This document shows positions 8,801 to 14,126 of a stretch of DNA of 14,126 nt, one piece after another (positions within the stretch are counted from its first letter, which is position 1; every line of letters starts with the position of its first letter). Position numbers and translations under genes: made by a program. Source of the stretch: Myxococcota bacterium (GTDB lineage: Bacteria; Myxococcota; JACRCW01); contig JBFMGU010000269.1 of assembly GCA_040752415.1 (NCBI GenBank), positions 1 through 14,126 on the forward strand, written 5' to 3'. The notes under the pieces were generated by a model. It was not told the DNA's origin and searched no databases. It saw only the letters and a list, made by a program, of their open reading frames with translations.

Positions 8801-10678
8801 CGCATTCGCCACGTCCACCGTCCCCGCGCCGTTGCTCAGCGTCACGGTGCGCTGCTCGCGCAGGGTGCCGCCCGCGTACACGTCGAGGGTGGCCTCGTCG
8901 GTGCCCGCGGCTTCCACCTGCACGGTCAGCGTGTCACCCGCGCTCACCACCGGCTGCAGCGCGCTGACGCGCACCGTGGTGTTGCCGTTGGGGACGGAGG
9001 GATACGCGTACGCGCTCTTTCCGTCGCGCGAGGTGACGTCGAGGTACAGGTAGCTGCCCGGCGTGAGACCCTCGAGGTCCACCGCCGCCACACCGTCCTC
9101 GTCCACCGCCACGATCTCCGCGTTGCTGTTGCTGTAGCCGTTGGTGATGCGCACGCTCCCGTCGGTGGGCGTGCCCGCGGCGTCGGTGAGCAGCACGTAG
9201 AGGCGGTTGGTGCCGGACACGTTCGCGCGTGGGTTGTCCCACCACGTCGTCAGCACCAGGCCCTCCGGCACCACCGCCACGTTGGCCGTGCCCGTGGACG
9301 TGCCACCCGCGGCGTCGGTCACCTCGACAACCAGCTGCAGCGGCGTGGCCTTCCCGTCGGGCGAGGAGGGGGCGGTGAGCGTGAAGGTGGTCTCACCGGT
9401 GTTGGAGAGTGCGTTGAACTGGTCGGCAAAGAGCGAGCCGCCGAGCGAGGCCTGCAGGTGCGCCTGACCGCCCTGGAGCGCCACGCCAAACGTGTAACCC
9501 GCCTTCACCGCCACCTGCACCGTCTCACCGGGGCGGACCTGCGTGACGGTGGGCAGCACGTCGACCTTGAAGCGCGGAAGCACGTACTTCTCGACGGTGA
9601 TCTGCCGCGCCACCGCCGCGGTCCGACCATCCGCGCCCAACCCCACGCGCGCCTTCCACACGCCCTCGTTCACGCGCCGTGCAATGCGGAAGCTCGCGCT
9701 GACGACGCCAAAGTTGTTGGTGGTGGCGCCCTGCTTGAAGAGGAGGTTGCCCTTGGCGTCGCTGACCTCGAACACCACCGGGCCCACGTACGGCGTGCGG
9801 TCCGCGCCGGTGAAGCACAGCGCGCGCAGGTGCATCTGCTGACCGGGCTGGTAGCGCGGCTTGTCCGTCGTGAGGAGCACGTTGCGCGACTGCTGCAGCG
9901 TCACCGCGCCTTCCCACTGGCCCAGCGCGCCGTTCTCACCCACCTCCACCCGCAGCGAAGCGGACGCGCTGCCATCTTCCGGGGTCTGCAGCTCCAGGGA
10001 AGCCTCGCCGTTGGCGTCGGTGGTGCCGGTGACGGCGGGGAGCACGTTGTCCGGTGACGTCGACAAGCGCGCCACCACGGGCACGTTGGCCTCCACCGTC
10101 CCGTCGTTGTTCAGCGTGCTGATGCGCACCGCCAGGCGCCCGCCGGAAGCCACGCTGGCCGGCGACATGACCCGCACGTCCAGGTAGCGCATGAGACGGA
10201 ACAGGTCGGTGCGGATGCGGGTGATGCCGCCGTGGTCCTCGGCCTCCACCACCAGCACGTAGCGCCCCAACGCGCCCAGTCCCTCGGCGGCGGTGAACAG
10301 CGGCGTGGCGGGGGTCAGGTCCAGCTCGACGGCGTCATTGGCCACCGGCAGCGTCACGGTGGTGTCGGCGGTGGCGCGCAGCTCCTCGGTGCGACCGTCC
10401 AGCACCAGCACCCGCACGCGCGCACTGGAGGGCGTCTCCTTGCGCACCGGCACGCGCACGCGCAGCCCCGTCTGGGAGAGCGTGGCGCTCAGGTCCCTCT
10501 CGCTCACCTGCGGCGCGGCGGGATCATGCTTCTCGGTGTGGTCGCCGATGATGGGCGTGGGGTCCACCGTCCGCGGTCCCGAGCTGGTGGATGCCACGTC
10601 CGGACACCCCCACAGCCCCGAGCAAACCACCAACGCTGAAGCCGCCCTGGGCAGCACTCCCACCTGGCGAAACCGCAT
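5885..10678 (-). CDS. Alpha-2-macroglobulin family thioester-containing lipoprotein (~1597 aa)
   Basis: GGAGG 5 nt before ATG 10678. Lipobox-like LWGC. MG2 'LTTDKPRYQPGQ', 'VEKYVLPRFKV', 'VVDEAVFAL', 'RREFPET', 'LPDSITSWRVSA', 'VFQDFFVDLDVP', thioester 'MPSGCFEQTSS', 'DGGGFSWFG', 'STQATIRSLQA', C-terminal 'AYYDP'. Confidence 0.96.
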   Translation of the reverse strand: MRFRQVGVLPRAASALVVCSGLWGCPDVASTSSGPRTVDPTPIIGDHTEKHDPAAPQVSERDLSATLSQTGLRVRVPVRKETPSSARVRVLVLDGRTEELRATADTTVTLPVANDAVELDLTPATPLFTAAEGLGALGRYVLVVEAEDHGGITRIRTDLFRLMRYLDVRVMSPASVASGGRLAVRISTLNNDGTVEANVPVVARLSTSPDNVLPAVTGTTDANGEASLELQTPEDGSASASLRVEVGENGALGQWEGAVTLQQSRNVLLTTDKPRYQPGQQMHLRALCFTGADRTPYVGPVVFEVSDAKGNLLFKQGATTNNFGVVSASFRIARRVNEGVWKARVGLGADGRTAAVARQITVEKYVLPRFKVDVLPTVTQVRPGETVQVAVKAGYTFGVALQGGQAHLQASLGGSLFADQFNALSNTGETTFTLTAPSSPDGKATPLQLVVEVTDAAGGTSTGTANVAVVPEGLVLTTWWDNPRANVSGTNRLYVLLTDAAGTPTDGSVRITNGYSNSNAEIVAVDEDGVAAVDLEGLTPGSYLYLDVTSRDGKSAYAYPSVPNGNTTVRVSALQPVVSAGDTLTVQVEAAGTDEATLDVYAGGTLREQRTVTLSNGAGTVDVANAPGGLLRLVARASGSGAVGEAAAFARQDRELRIGITAGAESYKPRTEAALAVQVTDATGAGVPAALGLTVVDEAVFALADVSGPVKSFAEGDAVEAPAGIDPTTTLVAGAETEHARALLAFGKNAGGVLTVDLGQGNRDRARAEASGLVNHDATAMGQAAAAAGIQPWSSNGSALADWLRAQGFLDPWGNAYVVTDQNNSYYALIASLGPDERESADDVNAYVYVSGGGWGGVVDERDADDGFQGGAPAPPNAGAEEPAAGEANTGGGGGNTAVQAPRREFPETLLVEPLLLTDINGHADVTLGLPDSITSWRVSAVASDMVGRMGTGAGAVRVFQDFFVDLDVPTQLTEGDEVAITAVVNNFLPTEQTITLNVDTGTWGEVLSGQGSTVTVPGVSVSGASVRIRAGKVGEFPLQLSAQGVGVQDALIRIIRVRPAGEEKPFTFSDRLNTRATATVEIPADATAGATELQVKVHPGVQSEVVTGLDSMLRMPSGCFEQTSSSNYPNVLVLNYLHLTGQSMPDVEEKARTYLQEGYQKLTSYEVDGGGFSWFGDAPAHNVLTAYGLMQFVDMSEVFPVDQALIARTATWLAGQQKADGSFEPTTGGIAEGAINAYERNVFRTTAFLAWALQRTGQQQAAVDRALSWLRTRAATETDPYAMAVYANLLATVGPDQPDLDTATSSLVAMAVDQDEAVTFPNSPPSSLAPCGGDPTEQTDLEVTALAAHALIKSQRSPDVANKALTYLTRNKDSFGTWQSTQATIRSLQAFIASVGGSNEDSEGTVTVRMDGQTVGEFQITPDTAAITRVVDLSEMATPGAHVVEIDRTGTGTFQWQVAGRSYTPRGAVQTPRVNVTQEFSNTTPAVGEQVTATITVGTQASFEQLIVDVTVPPGFDLDISPLDAARAAGTISRAEVVGEHLHIYAPALRSDAPMTLTYNLRPRLSARVTAAPVKASAYYDPAMSGESAPALLVVP
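7310..7324 (-). other. Thioester motif GCFEQ (CxEQ) of the A2M protein
   Basis: Minus strand reads ggc tgc ttc gag cag, in frame within the A2M CDS. Confidence 0.93.
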
Positions 10679-10725
10679 GACCACCTCCGCTCCCGGCGTA
10701 CCGGGCATTGGGCGCGCTCGAGATC

Positions 10726-10740
10726 GCAAGAAGCACGCCG
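10726..10740 (-). promoter_or_regulatory. Candidate sigma-54 (-24/-12) promoter of the A2M gene
   Basis: Minus strand CGGCGTG-CTTC-TTGC has exact GG-N10-GC spacing and lies ~48 nt upstream of the ATG. Confidence 0.45.
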
Positions 10741-10803
10741 CGCGGGAGGTGGCGCAAATGCTTGATCAGACAGGGATGTAGGCCCCACGTCTCGTCGAGA
10801 ATG

Positions 10804-10827
10804 TGAGGTGTCCTCAGTTTTCTGAGG
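10804..10827. promoter_or_regulatory. Overlapping inverted repeats TGAGG-tgt-CCTCAG-tttt-CTGAGG (candidate regulator site or hairpin)
   Basis: Perfect 6-bp arms at 10812-10817 and 10822-10827, plus a third half-site at 10804-10808. It lies in the relatively AT-rich intergenic region. Confidence 0.4.
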
Positions 10828-10851
10828 CATCATTTTCCGGGCAACCGGTCA

Positions 10852-12492
10852 TCACCCCTCGGCGCGCTCCTCGTCCCGCTTGCGCCGGCCCCGACGCACC
10901 ACTGCCACCACACCCGTGGCCAGCACCACCGGGGTGGCCAGCGGTCCCACCAGCCACGCGGGCTCCTTCACCGTCTTGGCGCCCTGCGGCGGCGGGTCCT
11001 TGAGGTACGCGGCCAGGCGCTCCTCCTGTCCCTTCAGCTCGGCCAGCCGCTCGCGCAAGAGCGAGTTGGCGAACGTCTGCGCCGTGGCCATGCGCTTGTC
11101 CTCCGCCACCTCCACGTCCTTCTGCAGGCGCGCGTAGAGCAGACGGATGGCGCCACCCACGCGCGCGAACGCCTTGGCCTGCAGCCAGTAGAGGCTCTCC
11201 AAGTGGGCTTTCACCGTCGGGTCGCTGAGGTCGCCCAGGACGGTGTCGGGATCTTCCTTCTCGGGGTCGTAGGTGACGCCGTAGCGGCTCATGCGCGGGT
11301 GCATGGCGCCGGCCATGTGACGGTACACCTCGCCGCCCTCGCGGCTGCTGAAGTCGATGAGCCGACCGATGATCAGCGTGGCAATCGGCAACCGACCGCC
11401 CGCCTCCGGCTTCTCCTTGGCCACCATGCGCGCCAGCGCCATCTCGAGGTCGCTCTTGAACTGCGCGTCGTCCTGGCCCAGCGCGGCCAGCGCGGCCTGG
11501 ATGGGCTCCGGCACGGGCTTGCCGGCCAGCGCTTCCCGCAGGCGCTTGTGGTTGAGCTCCTCGCTCACGACGTGGTGGTTGGTGAGGATGTCAATGCCCA
11601 CCTTGGTGAACGGGCGCAGCTCACCCAGGTAGCCGCCCAGCGTCTTGAGGCTGTGGCCCCAGGTCTCCATCTTGGCGGTGAAGAAGAAGTCGTAGAAGCC
11701 CACCTGCACGGTGTGGATCTGGTTCCCCACGTCGCCCAGGTAGTGCAGCGACTGGCCGAAGAAGAGCCGGGACAACGCGCGCCCCGACGGCGTCCCCGAC
11801 AGCATCGCCAACACCGCCAGGTCGTAGTGGGCCTGTCCGTACTCGCGCGCGAACGTGCGCACCGGACCCGCCGGCCAGCCCGCCGCGAGCGCAAAGCGAC
11901 GGGGGTCGGTCTTCAGCACGTCGGCGTCGCTGGAGAGCTGCACGTCGGCCAGGCCGTAGTGCGCGTGCGCTTGAGAGCTCAGGCCCGTGGCGTTGCCCAT
12001 GTTGAGGACCAGCGGGTCCAGGGGAACCTCGCGCCCGTCGACGAGCTTGAGCGGTTGCCCGTCGGGGCCGTGGGCCAGGCGCTCGCGGTTGCGCCAGTCG
12101 CTGTCCGGTTGGCTGCTGCCCTTCTGGATGGCCTGCAGCGCCGTGCCCGGCAGTCCCTCCGTCTTGTCAAAACCGTTGAGCGCGCGGCGCTCGTTGAGGC
12201 CCAGCAGCGTCTTGAAGGCCACGCTGTCAAAGCTCTCCGGCGTGGGCCAGCGACGCACGTACTCCGCGCGCACCTTCTCGTCGGGGTGGGCGCGGAACAG
12301 CCCGTCCACGTAGCGACGGAACGCCGCCAGCTCCTCCTCGGTCACGGCGTTGAGCTGCTCGCTCTTGAGCGCGGGCTCACCGGCCAGGGCGCGCTCGGGG
12401 AAAAGCTCGTGGATCTGCTCGTGGTAGGCGGCCGCGGGCGAGGGCAGCAGGGCCACGAGGAGGGCCGCGGTGAGGGGCGCACGGAAACGCAT
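10852..12492 (-). CDS. Exported, C-terminally membrane-anchored zinc-dependent phospholipase C / P1-nuclease superfamily protein
   Basis: GGAG before ATG 12492. Signal peptide ends AAA, giving mature N-terminus Y-x4-H. Motifs 'GSSQPD', 'HAHY', 'GQSLHYLGDVGNQIH' (H-x3-D-x5-H) and 'HVVSE' (H-x3-E). C-terminal TM followed by RRGRRKR. Confidence 0.75.
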   Translation of the reverse strand: MRFRAPLTAALLVALLPSPAAAYHEQIHELFPERALAGEPALKSEQLNAVTEEELAAFRRYVDGLFRAHPDEKVRAEYVRRWPTPESFDSVAFKTLLGLNERRALNGFDKTEGLPGTALQAIQKGSSQPDSDWRNRERLAHGPDGQPLKLVDGREVPLDPLVLNMGNATGLSSQAHAHYGLADVQLSSDADVLKTDPRRFALAAGWPAGPVRTFAREYGQAHYDLAVLAMLSGTPSGRALSRLFFGQSLHYLGDVGNQIHTVQVGFYDFFFTAKMETWGHSLKTLGGYLGELRPFTKVGIDILTNHHVVSEELNHKRLREALAGKPVPEPIQAALAALGQDDAQFKSDLEMALARMVAKEKPEAGGRLPIATLIIGRLIDFSSREGGEVYRHMAGAMHPRMSRYGVTYDPEKEDPDTVLGDLSDPTVKAHLESLYWLQAKAFARVGGAIRLLYARLQKDVEVAEDKRMATAQTFANSLLRERLAELKGQEERLAAYLKDPPPQGAKTVKEPAWLVGPLATPVVLATGVVAVVRRGRRKRDEERAEG

Positions 12493-12590
12493 GGGTCTGC
12501 TCCACGTCAGGACGGGTGCCGCAACGTAACACGCGGTGGCCCCATGGCCTTGGAACACGCCGCGCACTAGAAGGTTCCGTGCTGCCACCC

Positions 12591-13553
12591 ATGACCAGAG
12601 CGCAACCGGACCCCACCGCAGAGCCCGCCCAAGAGGTCGCCCCCGACGTGGTTCCCACCCACGTGGTGGTGGCGCAGAGCCGCGGCTTTGGCTGGGTCAG
12701 GCCCATGGACCCGCACACGCGCATGCCGCTCCCGGACCCGCCGGCGTCACGCATGCTGCGGCTGCGTCCCGGCGTGCACGTGGTGGTGGGTGACCGCGTG
12801 CGCGTGGAGGATGACCTGGTGGTGGGCGTGGCCCCGCGCGCCAACACGCTCAAACGCGCGCACCGCACCGGTGAGAAGCTGCTGGCCGCGCACGTGGACC
12901 GCATGGTGACGGTGCTGGCGGTGGGTCGCGCGCTGCGCGAGGGGTTTCTCATGCGCACGCTGGTGGCCAGCACGCTGCAGGGCGTCCCGCCGCTGGTGGT
13001 GGTCAACAAGCTGGACCTCGACGACGACGGGGAAGCCGCCGCGCGCGTGGAAGGCTGGCGCAGGACGCTGGGGCTGCGTTGCATCACCACCAGCGTGGTG
13101 CGTGGCGACGGCCTTGGCGACCTGGCGGAGGCGCTTTCCCACGGCACCAGCGTGCTGCTGGGTCACAGCGGCGTGGGCAAGAGCAGTCTCATCAACGCGC
13201 TGCGCCCGGGCGCGCAACGACGCACCGGCGAGCTGGACTGGCAGGGCAAGGGCAAGCACGTGACGACGATGGCGGAGGCCATTGTGGCGCCCGGCAGCAT
13301 GCTCATTGACCTGCCCGGCGTGCGGGAGTTCGGCCTCTTTGACGCCACGCCCGACGAGGTGCTGGTGGCCTTCCCCGACGTGGCGGCGGCCATGACGCGG
13401 TGTCGCTTCCCCACCTGTCAGCACCAGGGAGATGAGGGGTGCGCGGTGGAGGAGGAGATGGAGGCGGGACGCCTGGACCCGCAGCGCGTGGCGTTGTGTG
13501 AGCGCATGCGCACGTCGGTGGCGTTGGGGACGGAGGGGGGCGGGCGCATCTGA
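12591..13553 (+). CDS. rsgA: Ribosome small subunit-dependent GTPase A (circularly permuted GTPase)
   Basis: OB-fold 'VVGDRV..PR.N.L.R', G4 NKLD, G1 GHSGVGKS, switch I GKGKHVTT, G3 DLPG.REFG, zinc finger CRFPTCQH..DEGC. Confidence 0.95.
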   Translation: MTRAQPDPTAEPAQEVAPDVVPTHVVVAQSRGFGWVRPMDPHTRMPLPDPPASRMLRLRPGVHVVVGDRVRVEDDLVVGVAPRANTLKRAHRTGEKLLAAHVDRMVTVLAVGRALREGFLMRTLVASTLQGVPPLVVVNKLDLDDDGEAAARVEGWRRTLGLRCITTSVVRGDGLGDLAEALSHGTSVLLGHSGVGKSSLINALRPGAQRRTGELDWQGKGKHVTTMAEAIVAPGSMLIDLPGVREFGLFDATPDEVLVAFPDVAAAMTRCRFPTCQHQGDEGCAVEEEMEAGRLDPQRVALCERMRTSVALGTEGGGRI

Positions 13554-13571
13554 AGGGCGCCGCGGGGTGTG

Positions 13572-13772
13572 TCAGAGCAGCTTGAGCTTGAAGGCGCCGC
13601 TTTCCTTGCCAATGACCTTGAACTCGCTGCCGCAGGTGAAGCAGCGGATTTCATCGCCGTGCTTGAAGCCGTCGTCGAGCGGGTTGTTGGCGGTGCACTC
13701 GGGGCACTCGAACTCGGTGAACCTGCCGCTGGCGTCGGTCTTCTTCGGGCTGTCTTCGTCGTCGTAGCTCAC
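13572..13772 (-). CDS. Small zinc-ribbon protein (LysW-like Cys spacing)
   Basis: CPEC-x17-CFTCG. The GTG start overlaps the upstream stop (GTGA), with GGAG upstream and GC3-biased codons. Confidence 0.82.
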   Translation of the reverse strand: MSYDDEDSPKKTDASGRFTEFECPECTANNPLDDGFKHGDEIRCFTCGSEFKVIGKESGAFKLKLL

Positions 13773-14125
13773 TTGGATTCTCCCACGAACTTGGCGTTCA
13801 CCCCGCCCTCCTTGGGCGGCTTGCCCAGCTCCATGATGATGAGCTTGTTCTCACCCGGCTCGATGGTGGCCTGGTAGGTGTACTTCACGCCCTCCTTGGT
13901 GACGAAGGTCAGCGTGTGCTTGCCAGGGTTGACCTTGAGCGCCTTGGCCTTGGGCACCGGCGTCCACTGCTTGGTGTCCTTGTTGTCCAGGAACACCTGG
14001 CTGATGGGCTTGGTGTTGATGAGGAGCTCCGCGCTGCCCGCGGCCGCCGCGGCCTCCTTCTTGGGCTCTTCCTTCTTGGGCTCCTCTTTCTTCGCCTCGG
14101 CCTTCTTGGGCTCCTCCTTCTTGGG
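13769..14125 (-). CDS. 3' end of a protein with EEPKK linker and C-terminal PEGA-like domain (partial, extends beyond the window)
   Basis: The frame is open to the window edge: PKKEEPKKAEAKKEEPKKEEPKKEAAAAAGSAELLINTKPISQVFLDNKDTKQWTP..LKVNPGKHTLTF, which fits the PEGA-like pattern L.I.T.P...V.LD.....TP...V.PG.H.L. Confidence 0.75.
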   Translation of the reverse strand, partial: PKKEEPKKAEAKKEEPKKEEPKKEAAAAAGSAELLINTKPISQVFLDNKDTKQWTPVPKAKALKVNPGKHTLTFVTKEGVKYTYQATIEPGENKLIIMELGKPPKEGGVNAKFVGESK

Positions 14126-14126
14126 C
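14057..14126. repeat. 15-bp coding tandem repeat (CTTCTTGGGCTCCTC), at least 4.7 copies, encoding EEPKK
   Basis: Units start at 14057, 14072, 14087 (degenerate), 14102 and 14117 (cut by the window end). Confidence 0.88.

Noticed and set aside
6350..10057. 1235-aa plus-strand ORF
   Set aside because: Antisense shadow of the A2M gene with no recognisable domain.
10679..10729. Extended N-termini in the ORF track (A2M 10729; also 12588, 12516, 4227, 4923)
   Set aside because: Downstream ATGs have better RBS and/or signal peptide placement, and the 12588 and 12516 extensions would overlap each other.
10812..10827. Hairpin considered as an intrinsic terminator of the PLC-like gene
   Set aside because: The stem is short and has no following U-tract on the minus strand. 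It is kept only as a possible binding site.
10870..10960. C-terminal tail considered as a MYXO-CTERM/PEP-CTERM/LPXTG sorting signal
   Set aside because: The TM and basic cluster are present, but no signature motif precedes them. It is treated as a plain anchor.
11203..12570. 455-aa plus-strand ORF
   Set aside because: Antisense shadow of the PLC/P1-like gene.
14057..14126. Repeat considered as a CRISPR array
   Set aside because: These are tandem 15-bp in-frame coding units with no spacers.

Overview
High-GC, gene-dense bacterial window whose gene content suggests Myxococcota/deltaproteobacteria (inference). From left to right: a TolC-family outer-membrane channel (-); a GT-C (ArnT/PMT-like) glycosyltransferase fused to a C-terminal F5/8-type-C domain (+); a Cys-motif hypothetical protein and a 50-aa membrane peptide (+); a STAS/SEC14-like protein, a ~1597-aa alpha-2-macroglobulin-family thioester lipoprotein and a membrane-anchored PLC/P1-nuclease-fold zinc enzyme (all -); rsgA (+); a LysW-like zinc ribbon and the 3' end of a PEGA-like protein with EEPKK repeats (-). 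The most notable feature is the thioester protein. It has an intact GCFEQ motif, animal TEP-like sequence motifs, no pbpC neighbour, and a GspG pseudopilin-like module inside its bait region. A candidate sigma-54 promoter with an upstream palindrome precedes it. No RNA genes, CRISPR arrays or mobile elements were recognised. All calls are by-eye motif recognition, without database searches.
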